Positions 38,297 to 50,969 of a stretch of 64,000 nucleotides of DNA are shown one piece after another. The notes beneath the pieces are model-generated. The model had not been told where the DNA came from. It did not search any database and worked only from the letters and a program-made list of their open reading frames with translations. The translations under genes and the position numbers were made by a program. Each line of letters begins with the position of its first letter. Within the stretch, counting starts at the first letter, position 1. Location: the NCBI RefSeq assembly GCF_021028975.2, contig NC_059432.1, positions 72,540,001-72,604,000 on the forward strand. Direction: 5' to 3'. Source of the DNA: Sphaerodactylus townsendi (lineage: Eukaryota).

Positions 38297-39369
38297 TTAA
38301 GAGATGTCACAGGTCTTCCACCAACTCTTCTTGCCATCTGATGGATGTTTTGAGCCTAAGGAAGAAGTTGTCAGAGGGATGTTCTGAAGAACTTCATGCA
38401 GTGTGAACATGCTGAAAGAGATTTGCTCATAAGGGGACCGTACCCCATTCTCATATAGGCAGGCAAAGCCTATGGCTGGGATCCCAGTTATTGAGAACTC
38501 TGAGTAAGGCAGTTCGATGTAAGCCAGGTCTGAGTAGGCACTGGGGCCTTCATAAATAACCCAGGGCTCAGTCCAGGTGTCAGCTTCCCTGGGAAAAGTG
38601 CTGAGGTAAATTCCTAGGTTGACTCGGGATCTGGAGCTTGTTGGATGGGAATAGAGCACCCAAGTTGGGATTTGAAAATTAAAATCTGATTTTGAAATAG
38701 TTCCTGTATTGTGTTGCTTGTGTTCTGTATGTACATCACCTGAGGACCTAAGACCAAGAAAATTGCTGTGATGGCCACTAGAAGTTCTGCACAATGTAAG
38801 ACTTTCCTGCTGGTAGAAGAGAGACTGGCTGCAGAGAGAAACCCAAGGTACAGAACCAGCAGCAGGAGGAGGACATTGGTATCTTTTCTCTGTACTAGGC
38901 TGTGGCAAGAAATCTGAGCTGTTAACAGACCTTGTTTCTCTCTGAACCATGTGATGCATGTAGTAAAGAGGAGCTTGGAACCCAATGATGCTGCCATGGC
39001 AACCATGAGGGGGCTCCACAAGCCTTTGCACCAACTGCCCTGGTTGAAACACGGCTCCATCGTCCACGCTAAGTGCCTGCACCCGGAAGCCCAGGGGACT
39101 ACGGGCATTACAGTACAACACATTGCTCCCATCCTCCTCGTCCACAGACACCATCTGACACTCAACAGTCTGCAGGTTTGGGATGAATTCACCAAAGTCC
39201 CAGCTCTGTCCATGGTCGTCACTGTAGAAGGTAAACGCATGTGGGGTCGTTTTACAGAGTTTTCCAAAGCATTCTTTGCAGTCAATGTGGTAAGCATAGG
39301 CTGGAAGGAGTAAACGGCCTGACTTGAGTTGAATGCCATGCCCAGGACCTAGTGCAAAAGTGGCCCAAT
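38297..39369 (-). CDS. NEU4: NEU4 sialidase last coding exon
   Basis: acAG acceptor (phase 1); WATFALGPGHG, Asp boxes SDDHGQSW and SVDDGAVF, CNARS, SAYSDL, ACLYENG; open to the stop at 38297-38299. Confidence 0.95.
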
Positions 39370-39464
39370 CTGTATCAAAAGGAAAACAATTGTGTCAGGA
39401 TGAGTCTGCTATCGGGGGCTCCATGCTCTTCCTACACCCTACAATTGGTTTCTGCATCTCCTAC

Positions 39465-39720
39465 CTTCAATGGTCCTGCCAATAACTTGTTGGGTAAGGT
39501 CAGTCACATGGCTCCAGCTGATGCCCTGGTCTGAGCTAGACACATAGCAGAGACGTGCAGCGTTTTGACCTGTGATGATCTGAAAGGCTTCTGGGGTCCT
39601 GCCCAGCACAGCAATGAAAAACAGGAACACCACACCAGTGAGCTCGTCATAGATAGGGCAAGGGTTCATGGACCGATGGTGGGCTAGAGTTGCAGTTTCA
39701 AGGGCTCGCATATCTTCCCA
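39465..39720 (-). CDS. NEU4: NEU4 middle coding exon (WEDMRAL...HRSMNPCPIYD...SSDQGISW...)
   Basis: 256 nt, AG/GT flanked, phase 0/1; MNPCP motif and Asp box. Confidence 0.95.
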
Positions 39721-40757
39721 CTAGCAAAGAAAGATGAAGAAAGGGTTTAGAGGATCTCACTCATATTCTGACTCGGTTTTCTGTTTGGGGTTTGTTTCTT
39801 ACACAATCATTTATTTTAAAATAATAACTTACTGCCACATCTGAGAAATATGGCCATTAATATGGCAATTAGTTATTCATGGTGTTCAGAAGTGGATGTC
39901 AAGAGGAACACATCCTTTTTTTAACTTGAGGTTTAATTTTAAAAGTTTAAAAATGTTCTAGTTTAAAATACATTAGTTGAATTACATGCAAAATTGTTCA
40001 TTATATTTCTAGAAAACCTCAAAATGGCAATATTATAAAAATAAGAGAATATTTGAAGATAGCATTCGAAAGCATTCATTTATTCATTGGCGTTTCATTC
40101 ATTGGACTGCAGCACGGAGAGCATTAACAGCCTGAGGTCATTGAGATATAGAGTTCATTCATGGGAGTTTCTTTCAGTGAACTGCAGCATAGAAAGCAAT
40201 AACAGCCTGAGGGCATTGAGATACAGACTCTGTTTTTCCTTCTATTCATTCATGGTTGCAATAGTACTTGGTGGAAAGGCTTTCACATAGTGATGTTTCA
40301 TTCAGAACTTATGTATTAGGACCAATATTGTATGAAATAAGATTGGACTATGAGAAGTGATACATTTTGCTATTATAATTTTGAAGCACTATTTCTGTTA
40401 CGGTTACAATAAGCCTACTTGATTTATTCATGATATATGGATGTTAAATGAATGATTTCTGTTTAAAAGAATTGCGTAGAAGAATGTGAATAAGAATTCA
40501 TATGATGATTTAATATGAAATTTGAATAATAATAATAATATATAGTTATTTCATCAGCCAGCCAGTGTACTACGCGTTTTGTCATTTGTGTTTTATTTGT
40601 TAGCTGGCATGAACATGATTCTGAAGAGGTGGCACAGATCTATTCTAAATAATAAATAAACAACTAAAGGAGGAACACACAGTAGTATAGAGACTGATTT
40701 GATGTTGAGAATTCCTCCCTTCCTTTTGCTTTCTGATTACCACATCCCATTGCTTTA

Positions 40758-41024
<267 letters not shown>

Positions 41025-42730
41025 CTATGGGTTGAAGAATAATTCCTTCAGGGAGCAAAAATTTTGTAAGCAGGGGCAGGCATCCTCAATAGAATTTTCA
41101 GCAGCTGATCAGTCTTGCTGATATAAGCTAAGACTCTGGGGGCAAACATATGAGCATAGTAAAATGTGAAGCAGAACAACTGGGAATGGCTAATAAAATT
41201 AAAAATTTGGAAACTGAGCTCAAGAAATCTAAAAAAAATCTCTGGAAGAGGCAAAGACTCCAAAAGTTTTGACTGTTATGAAAAAATAGGGCAAAGTGAG
41301 CCAGAATGCTGTCAAGAAATGTAGTTGTATCAGAGTAATCTCATGAAAACATTAGACTGGGACATACACATCTTATTTTGCTACATAATATAGCTCAGAT
41401 AAGCAAGTCAATGAAGGTACAGATAATGTTCTAAAACAACTTTTGCAGGAACTCTGACCCAAAATTAATGGATTAATTGTTTTGATACCACAAATAAATT
41501 GAAAAATCATAAAGCCTTCAGTAGGGATGTTTACCCAGTTGACTTCCAAATACCAAATGAATGCCCTAATACCCCCTATCAAGTTGTTGAACTCAGTCTT
41601 ACAAATAACAGGCATTCCAGAAAATGGAAAGAGGCAGAGGCAGAGGCCAATTACACACAGGTGTTTGCTGCATGGTGGAGGTGAGATTTCTTGTATGGAT
41701 GTATTTCCTCTACCCACGCTTTCACTTTCCACACTCTCCATGGCAAGCAAATCCACTTATAGCACGATTTTAATTTTGCTTCACGGCCAAAGCAGGACAG
41801 ATTTGCCATTGGGTTCAGCTTTGCCCAGACCTGTTCCTTCCATCTGCAGTCAGCCTGCCTAGTCTTACCCGCTCCCCACGCCCTCACACTGCTTTGCACC
41901 CTTCCCCCTCACCCTCCTCCCTGCTGCCAACTACTTCCCGCTTCTTGTCCTGCCCTGTCATTTCTGTTACCCATGGCCTCCCCACTCCTGCATATCTTTT
42001 AAATCTTTAGGTTAAAGAAAGAATAACCATATTGATAAGACTGATAAATCGATACTAACACTTTAAAAAGTAAAAATAATAAGACTAGACAAGCAGTCCA
42101 AACACCCGATTTGCTCCGGCATTGGTCAACAAACTGGGACGTCTCCAGCCTTGTAATTTTATACTCAAGCAATCAGTGATTCCAGACCACACCGGGAAAG
42201 CCCGTCGGTCTTGATGCATGGGTTTACAACACATCAAGAGACGGACAATTTCCAGCATAAAAGATAATCAGTGTTTGGGCAAAGTGTACAGATGCCATAT
42301 TCAAGACTTTTCACCTTTTTTAAACTTTTTGTCTGTTGATATATTAGATCTATGAATAGATTGATAGATTGATGTATCAATCTATTGATAAGATGAAAGA
42401 TAAAAATTAAAGATTATGTTAAAAATTGAAGCATGCATGTGTGATACACAACTCATGTGTGATACACAACAATGCATGTGTGATACACAACAAAACATCA
42501 CACACAGACCCCGGACACAAACAAAAAGCTATCTGATCAGTAATGCCTGCCCCACTGCAAACAGGGCAGTGGGCAATAATGCTGAACATGCCCCGAAACA
42601 AAGACTCCCCAGCCAATTCTCTTTGAGGTTGCAGGAACCTTGCTGGACGTAATTGGCCATAAGCCTCCAATCTTGTTCCTGAATCAACATACAAAATCTT
42701 TACTTCACTATGGGCAACCCTCAAAAAACC

Positions 42731-42783
42731 AGCAAGCCAGCCAGCCAGCCAGCCAACCAACCAACCAACCAACCAACCAACCA
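42731..42783. repeat. Compound (CCAG)n(CCAA)n microsatellite
   Basis: Directly visible. Confidence 0.9.
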
Positions 42784-43479
42784 TAGGAGCATGTATTTAT
42801 ATAGTTGTTATCCTGGGTTACATTTCAGAGGTCTGCAGTCTGATGAAAAGCACTTCAGTTCTAGGAAGCTTAGACTGTGAAACTCTTCTTGGTCTCTAAG
42901 GTACTTCCAGACTCAGATCTAACTATCCTTTTAAAAGAAACTTGTGAGCATCAGTCTGTCCCACATATTAATCCCCCTTAACAACTCCAGCCAAGTCCTC
43001 TCAATGGGCTCTAAAGACTGTAGCCACTAATTGGACTGGGCCAGTGTAGAAAGGAAAGAGGAGGTTTAACCCTTCAATTCCCACTCAGTTTTTTTCTAAT
43101 CTGAATCAGAATCTCATAGCTGTTAAAGGGAAAAAGACAGGTTTTGAAAGGACACGTCTTTTCCCCCCTTTGGAATGGCTAACGGCATTGGTCGTCCTTA
43201 TAACAATCCTGTGTTAAAGGTTAGTGTGAGACTGTGTGACTGGCTGAAGGTCATCTAGCAAGCTTCTGGGGTAGAGTGGGAATTCACATCTGGTCTCCCT
43301 GATCCTAGTCCAATGTTCTGGCTCATTTTAAGGACAATCCTGAGAGCAGCCCATGCTGCAATTTTGATCGTCCCAGGAGTTTACGCTCTCTTTTCCCCCA
43401 TCCAAGAAAATGAAGACTGCATCATCTATTATGGACAATGTTTGTTTGGGCCAGGAAAGCTCTTCTTGGCAACTGTGTA

Positions 43480-43672
43480 AAGTGCAGTCAATTGTAGCTG
43501 ACTTACGACAACCCCGTAAGGTTTTCAAGGCACGAGATTAACAAAGGTAGTTTGCCACCACCTTTCTCTGCATAGCAGCCCTAGAATTCCTTGGTGGTCT
43601 CCCATCCAAATACTGATCATGGCTGACCCTGCTAAGCTTCTGAGATCTGACAAGATCAGGCTAGTCTGGGCC
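43480..43672 (-). mobile_element. 5S-rRNA-derived SINE (SINE3-like) with RTE-like tail
   Basis: Minus strand reads cctgatcttgtcagatctcagaagcttagcagggtc...agtatttggatgggagacc (5S internal promoter), then non-5S sequence. Confidence 0.8.
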
Positions 43673-44104
43673 AAATAGATAAGGGCCTTGGCAAGTGTTA
43701 GGGGGTGGTATTAAACAAGTTATTTAGGAGGACCTTTGAAGGAGATGGGCAACCCCATCCAGAGTTCCTGGCAGCCAGGGATGGTGTCACTGCCACGCTG
43801 CCCCACCTCCAGAGCGCTTTCCAGCATAGGAAAGCAGAAAAAGCTGAACAAAACCTCTGCTGCTGGAAAGCCCTCCACATGGCTTAATGGACTTATGCCA
43901 CTAAAAGGGTGGTGTAAGTCCAGGACCAAGGCCGTGACAAAAGTAGCCACAAACCCAGGTTAGATACCAATTAATGTTGACTCCACCCCTAGGAATGCCC
44001 GAGCCTGCCCCTCTCACACAAGCATCCAATCAGGATGCCAGCGCAGCTCTGCAGCAGCCCAGACCTCTTCCACTGGATGCAATTTACATGTAATAGATAT
44101 AATA

Positions 44105-44403
44105 GAGAGTCAGCGAGGCATAGTGGATAAGAGCAAGTGGACTCTAATCTGGAGAACTGGGTTTGATCCCACATTCCTCCACATGAGTGGTGAAATATTA
44201 CCTGGTGAACCAGATTTGCTTTTGCATTGCTACATTCCTGCTGGGTGACCTTGAACCAGTCACAGTTCTTCAGATCTCTCTTAGCCCCCCTACTTCACAA
44301 GGTGTCTGTTGTGGGCAGGGGAAGGGAAAGGAGTTTGTAAGCCTCTTTGAGTTTCCTTACAGGAGAGAAAAGGGGGTATAAATGCAAATTCTTCAAAATC
44401 TTC
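44105..44403 (+). mobile_element. tRNA-derived SINE, same family as 34094
   Basis: Shared head, ctgggtgaccttg core and tail. Confidence 0.8.
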
Positions 44404-45959
44404 TAGATTGGGTAGGGAGAAATAGCCCTGTTGCAGGCACAAAAATCTGCTTCAGTAGGAGAGAGGAAAAAGGAAAAGCAGAAAGACTAAAAAGAATGTT
44501 TAAATACTCAACAAAATGTTCATAAAACAACAGAGCATTGAGATGGATGGTTAGTCTTGCTTCCAAAATAGTATAGACAGACAGACAGACAGACAGGCGC
44601 TTGAATTATATCCTACGACAAACATTTTTAAAGCCTTGGCTAGATTGACAATATATAGCTCAGAGTGATGGTGGGCAGGAACTGTTTTACTCATTAATAG
44701 TTACATGGACACAACTAAATTCCATATTGCAACAACAGCAGTAATAAATGCACTAATTGAAGGGGGTGTTGAGCGGCAAAGGAGGGCAGCAGAGGTACTC
44801 AGCACAATTACTTCTCAGTCAGAAAAAAAATAAAGGGAACATTTAAGTTGTTGGAATGAAGAAGTGTGATAAATGAATAAAGAAACTACCAACCTGTTCC
44901 TCCTTTTCGGCTGCCCTCTCCTTTCTTTTTGGTTCTCAGAGTCACTGATAGTTACTTATGCGGCTCTTTGTCCATCAGAACCTTATACCCATTTAAAAAA
45001 ATATGGCATTCCTGGTGGATGCAGTCTCAGTTGCTTCCTTTTCTTCTTCCATGTGTCATGTTCCAGTTCTCAAGCCCCCTCCCCTTCTGACCCACTGGGT
45101 TCTTTAGATATTCCATGACTGGGGGGAAAGCCCTGAGCCAGCAGCTCAATCAGCAAAAGGAGGACAAAGGCCTCATTGTCTGAACACAGTGAGGACACTG
45201 TCAGCAGTGTCCATGCGCAGGTACCCGTTGCCATCATTTTTCTTTTTGTTTATTTATTTAACTAGCTGGGAGAGCACTCTGTGCAGGGATCTGTCATAGG
45301 GCAAGCTTGCTAAGATACACTGAGAACTTCTTTAGCTACACATGTCCAGAAACAAAACTGAAGTTAGTGAAGCCCCAGCTTCACCAAAGCTGCAGAGCTC
45401 TCCCTCACTAGGGCTTTTTCTGTTGCGAAAATCTCACTGGCCTCTGTGGTCTGTAACCAAGAACAAATGGAAAGAGGCCAGACTCAAAAGTTTGAGATGA
45501 GAGTCAAAACGCTTCCACTGGATTCAACCGGTGGCTGCATATTGTGTCTTCCTTCTAGAAACTTGGAATGTGTGCAGAGATTTAACAGCATAGCATCCAG
45601 CCCAGCACAGTCTATACCAGGTGTAGGCAACCATTTCGGGCTGAGTGCTAAAAAAAGCCACGTCTGCCTCTGAAGAGGCTGGTGTGCCAGCAAGCAAAAC
45701 AAAGAGGTCAGGCATTGAGGACTGTACTTGGCAAGATAGACTGGGAGACAGCTGAGAACCAGCAGTACTGCCAGCATCCAAAAGGACCTGATGGTAGGCT
45801 GCATGGGTTCAGGAGACGCCGCACAACCAAAATAAAATGTTTTGAAGCAGGAAATAAAACATTTCCTCTGTGAAGTTCCACACTGCTTTTACCCCCTTAT
45901 GTTTTGAAAACGTTTCGTTTGCAGCCTCAAATCATTCTTTTACAACAATTCTTTTTTCA

Positions 45960-47228
45960 GCATGAACAACCTGCCTCATTCATCATTGTGAAGAGTTCCT
46001 TCAGTTCCAGGGTGGTGGGAGCTGGGGGTAATAGCCCCTCGTCCACTCCAAACCGCGTGGCTATCATTATTGGGGGGGGGGGAATGTTCCTGTTTTCCCT
46101 GACAATCCTTTTGAGCTGCTCATAGAAGGGTCAGGTATCCCTGTTGTGTTGCACAACACGCTTTTATTCTCACTGCTGTATCTTGGTCTTGATGCGGCAT
46201 TCGATGGCAGTCCTGCAGGGACTCCAACTCATCTCCGCAGCCACCTTCTTGAAAACATCAATGTTGCTATGGCTCTTGGTAAGGGCACGCTGGACCACCT
46301 GTTTGCCCCAGATCCCAATCAAGTCCCTGGTTTCTGCCTCCTTCCAGGCGACACCTCTCCCTGTTCCCTTGGCAGAGCTCCTGCCATAGACCCCGACAAC
46401 AGCATCACCACTTGTGCCAGCCATAGTCATCCATACATGCCAATCACTCAAAACCACACCTGTAGTGCTGCTGACCCCTCCTTAATACTGAACTCAAACT
46501 GGCTGTTTCCCACTCAAGGTCCATTTTGGGCCGTTGCCGCCCCCATAAAAAGGCTGAGCTTCTGACAGGTTGACCCACAGCGAGTGAGGGGGGGAAGCCC
46601 CCCTTTTCCAGTTCTGGATAGGGCTCAACATGGCAAGTGGCAGCAAAAAACAACGGGGCACAGCATCACTTCACATTCCCACTCATGTTCTCACATTCTT
46701 GTGGAAAACAAGAGACTCCCACCATGATATGCCCACTAACATTCAGTCAAAAGTGCACATCTCCCTAGCTATGCTGTCCGAACAACCAGTACATGTGCAG
46801 AAAAGAAAATGGGGACATTTTAGGACTCCACTCCTGATTAAACCAGGCAAAATGGTGCCCGGTTGATACCATGAGCAGAAAACGTGCTTGGAGGCTGCAA
46901 TGGTCGGCGGCTCAGCAGAGTTGAAAACTGACGACGCATAGTGATGTCAGGTAGGGGAGATCGAGGGGAGCAGAGTGGTCAGAGGGAGATTAATGAAAAA
47001 ATAAAACTGAGTTCTCTGCTTCAAAACGTCGTGGTGTTTGCACAGTAGTGGGTTCACTGCAGGATTTTTGAAAAGTGTCGCCAAATTGGTGATTTTTGAA
47101 AATCCTGGGATGAGGGAAATATCATGGGACAAATCTGATTTTGGACCAGGAACCATGTGAATGTCTTGGCCAGATCAGGATATTTCCCTTGCTCAACCCA
47201 GGATATTTGGACCGTGCAGAAACGACCC
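45960..47228 (-). mobile_element. Decayed PIF/Harbinger transposon fragment carrying a Myb/SANT (trihelix) ORF remnant
   Basis: RGVAWKEAETRDLIGIWG...RTAIECRIKTK then stops, later PFYEQL; terminus ...gtgcagaaacgaccc at 47228; left boundary approximate. Confidence 0.75.
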
Positions 47229-47580
47229 TACTTCTGTTGCATTGTTACTGGAGGATTTGTCCTGTCTGATGGAATTGTTTCCCCAATTTTGCAATCTGCC
47301 CTGAGTCTCAGTGGGGAGGAGGGTATAAATGAAGTAAATAAATGGAGTCCACCACACTTTGGTTCTGTAACGCACCCTATTGCCTCCGAGGAAATTGTGC
47401 TACCATGTAGCTCCCTCTTTTCCTGAATCCAAGCAATTGTTGATGTCATAATGTCTTATGCATGCATTTGCACTTTTTATTTATATCTCAGGAAATAGAA
47501 CCTTGATCTCCCCAAAGCCCAGTCTGTGTGTACATTCATACCATATACTCAATATTGCAGCTTCACAATCACTAAACACA

Positions 47581-47733
47581 GGGTCCTTCCGCACATGCAG
47601 AATAATGCACTTTCAAACTGCTTTCAGTGCTCTTTGAAGCTGTGTGGAATAATGCAAAGAGCTCCACTTGCAGAACTAGTTGTAGAAAGTGGTTTTGAAC
47701 GCATTATTATTACTGCATTATGACGGAAGGGCC
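47581..47733. mobile_element. Short Harbinger-type MITE
   Basis: Imperfect TIRs gggtccttccg.../...cggaagggcc; 3-bp flanks aca/aca. Confidence 0.7.
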
Positions 47734-49309
47734 ACAGATTCAAGTTACCTCGTTTGGGGAGTATCACCGGTGTGTGTGTGTAGTGTTATTATTGTCTTGG
47801 CGTGTGTGTGTGTGTAAAGCATAGTTACTTCCTCAGAATCTGGGAGAGAGTTGTGAGAATCCAATCGAAACTCTTGGTGTCTGTGAAACTGTAGTTTATT
47901 TACAAATGTACAATGGAGAAGAAAATTATAAGGACATAGTAATGCTCACAAACAGCCTCCAGATGCAACAAGCATTTGCTGTTGAAGCCTCCTTTCCAAC
48001 TTTGAATGCAGGGTCCAAGCCAGCTTTTATTTATGGGGGCAAGATAAGTGCAGGCACATACGCATGCCAGTGCATGAAGGGGCCTAAAGCTTTATCAGGG
48101 CTTCTTTATCTGACCATGTTAGGATCAGGCAATTGGCAGGAAGGAGCCAGTTATATTTTTATATATGCTCTGGCCTTCTTTAGATGACCCAGTATGCCTC
48201 CAGTTGTTTCCTTTCCTTTTTCCTCTCTACCAACCTTGGCCTGTAGCAGGAGTGGGGGGGAAGCTACAGACACTTCCTTAGATGTGTTCTGCAGGATGAC
48301 TCTCCTCCTGCTGCAGTTTTGCTCCATCTACACCTGGGCAGGTCTGAGCTTGCAAAACAGGCTGCCCTGCTTGGATATACAGAGCGCATTATTGCCAGGA
48401 CATGGCCAGCTGCACCATGACTACCCAGACTTCAAGTGGCGCTGGCACATTTTACCTTTTGCATGATGGCACTTAGATTCTGGCTGCAGAAAGCCCGTGT
48501 CTGTGGCGAGCCTTCAGCTCTTATCTGCTCACAGTCGCTTTCAAGGGAAAGAATCATGACAACTGTGAGCATAATCCTGTCCACTATTCATGCATTTAGA
48601 AAGCAAATGATTATTTTTTTTTACAGAGGCATTTTGGGCACAAAAAACAAGTGAACCAAAAGTGCACAGCACATACTGCTTAACATCCATCTCATACACA
48701 GAGTCACCTGTTTGTGTAAATAGGACAGTATATTTTTTACCTTGTGTGTACAGCTTCAGTATGCACATGTGTAACCTTAAAATCCAGTGTTAACATTCTT
48801 GTGTACCAAAGGCATGTGTACCAAAGGTATGTGTTTTGTCCTGTTCACACAAAATGGTGACCTCAAGTACTAGGAAGAAAAGTTGCGAGTAGCACAAGCT
48901 CCCATTATATGCAGCTGGTGCACCAAAATGAACATCTGAAAAGGTCTACCAGTACAGGTCAATGGGTTGAAACTTGATTTTTTGGGGCAGTAGTTTAGCA
49001 GTAGTGAAGGGCCAGGGTCTCTTCCACCACTGAGACTTGAAACTTGATTGGTGGGTTCCCTCAGTGTATGCCAGCATGTAATATATTCACTGAGAATCTA
49101 TCTAAACACCCACTATCATCTCACACGAATGAAGTATGTTCTGTGTCTGAGTAAAGGGTTTTTGAATGGGTCCTGGAGTGCTGTTGAATCACCCAAGCAA
49201 AAGAGCAAGCAAGCCCTTGCCTTTATATATAAGGTGGTCCTCAGCTTTCTATGATATGACAACATGTTATATGGCTCTTATTGGTAAACATATCAGCTGA
49301 ACAGGGAAA

Positions 49310-50969
49310 TCAGTCTGTAGGTTTTCCTGTCTTATGAGGAAACTGTTGTCTGTACAAGTGTGACACATACTGGACCTCAGGCATGATCATCCTTCGGCAG
49401 ATTTTTATTGTCATATTGTCTAAATCTTGTTTGAGATTGTAGCCCAAGATATTGGCAACCCCTGATTGATAGGGTTTCAATGTTTTGTCTTTAATTTTGC
49501 TTTTATCAACTGCTGTTTTCTCAAAAAGGGCATGTTTCCATCAGTTCCTGCTGCCTCTTCTGCAGAAGTTTCACTTCCTGGTACAAGGATGGTAGGCTCA
49601 TCATGTTATGAATCTTAATCCAAAAGGTATTGTTGAAATGTTTGTAAAGTTTCCAATCAAGTGCACACCAGTCTTTCACCTTTTCCTGACTCTCTGGGCC
49701 ACTCCCCACTCACCATAAGCCACGGGGTCACCTCTTTAAAAGACACGAGGAGGATGGACGTTCCCCACATCACCAGCGCCCACTGCGCAGCTGCCCTTAA
49801 TTTGCCGCTCTCCCACCTCCTTGTCGCGCGGCAAATTAGGTCCTCTGAAAAGAGCAACATTTTCAAAAACCCCGCAGGTGCCGCAGGGGGGTGGGGAACC
49901 TCGGCTGTTTACGCAGGCGGCTGCCGATTTTGTGCTCTGGCCAGCTGGGCAGCTTCCGGCCAATCAGGAAACAAGGAACCCCATTTGCTGTTGTTTAGGG
50001 AGGGTGTCCTGTCAGAAAGTGCTTTCCCGGAAACTGAGACGTTATTGCGCAACAAGGCGATGCGCAGCGACATTGCTCTTTTTTGCTGCTTTTTTTTTGC
50101 TCGAGCTCCACTGTTTTGCGAAAGCTTGGCGAAAGTGCCGCTGAAGCCGCGGGGTTGTCGGGCGGTGTAGAACCCGGAAACTGATAATTTACTTTCATTT
50201 TTCTGCCTCAAGCAATTTGCAACAGGTAGTGACGTCAGCATGTGCAGGCGATCTCTAAAAAACAATGCGTTCAGGCTTATCCAAAGCCGAACTTTTCGGG
50301 TCAGCCAATCAAAATGGAGCCCCGCCTTCGGCTGGCTGCAACTCCCACGTGTAAATGGTGCACACGCGTGCCAGCCAATCAGAACGCTCGATTGCCTCTT
50401 TGACTCTTGATGTGGAACCCCGCGCTATTTCCTGAATGGAAAATGAGTGGGGAACAAATGTCTCCGTTGTCAAAAACCACGGAGGCTTTTCTATGAGGGG
50501 TCACTGCTGGGTTGCACTCAGACGAGGTAAGTGGGGAGTGGCCCTCTGGAGTCAAGGTCTGAACACTTTCTAGGCTCCTGGTGTTCAGCTTGAAATAAAC
50601 CACACCATCCAAATCCCAACACAAAGTGTTCTGCAGAAGGATCATGGACTCATCGAAGTAATTAGCAATCAGTATCAGATGGAAATTCTGCTCAATGTTC
50701 TGTATGATGGATTGGACATAGTAATCGTCATCCTCTGCATTGTTGTCATAGCCAAAGTCAAACCACATGTTGTTCCTTGCGTGGATGTTATAGATCTTTA
50801 CATTCAGATCGTAGTATGTCCATGGAGACGACAGAAATTCATTCACATTGCTGGAGTTTTTAAACGCTGGTGAATAGTTTTTGTAATAAACGTAGGAGGA
50901 TTCCAGCGATAAAATTGGATCCCTCAGGATAGTAAAATAGAAGGTATCTTTTGGCATTACCTTCCTTAC
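49310..50969 (-). pseudogene. GAL3ST2: GAL3ST2 last exon, interrupted by a MITE and a frameshift
   Basis: VRKVMPKDTFYFTILRDP...RNNMWFDFG...YFDES...KLN; resumes after the insert with ESQEKVKDWCALDWKLYKHFN; frameshift near 49522-49530; then KPYQSGVANILGYNL...CRRMIMPEVQY; native stop 49310-49312. Confidence 0.92.
49696..50544. mobile_element. 849-bp CpG-rich PIF/Harbinger-type MITE inside the GAL3ST2 coding exon
   Basis: 19-bp TIR GGGCCACTCCCCACT(C/T)ACC (18/19 match), 3-bp TSD TCT; removing the element plus one TSD restores in-frame LTPESQEK. Confidence 0.93.

Noticed and set aside
41990-42722. Possible minus-strand solo LTR with a triple gcatgtgtgatacacaac repeat
   Set aside because: TG start and TATA-like motif present, but no TSD or clear end
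43560-43672. 5S rRNA gene
   Set aside because: Diverged, incomplete and fused to a retroposon tail; it is a SINE head
46170-46457. Host MSANTD/ZSCAN-type gene exon
   Set aside because: Stops within the domain, no splice context, and lies near a Harbinger-type terminus
49696-50544. MITE acting as a self-removing intron that rescues GAL3ST2
   Set aside because: On the gene's strand the donor is at the element's far end and points outward, with no matching acceptor; other lesions remain anyway
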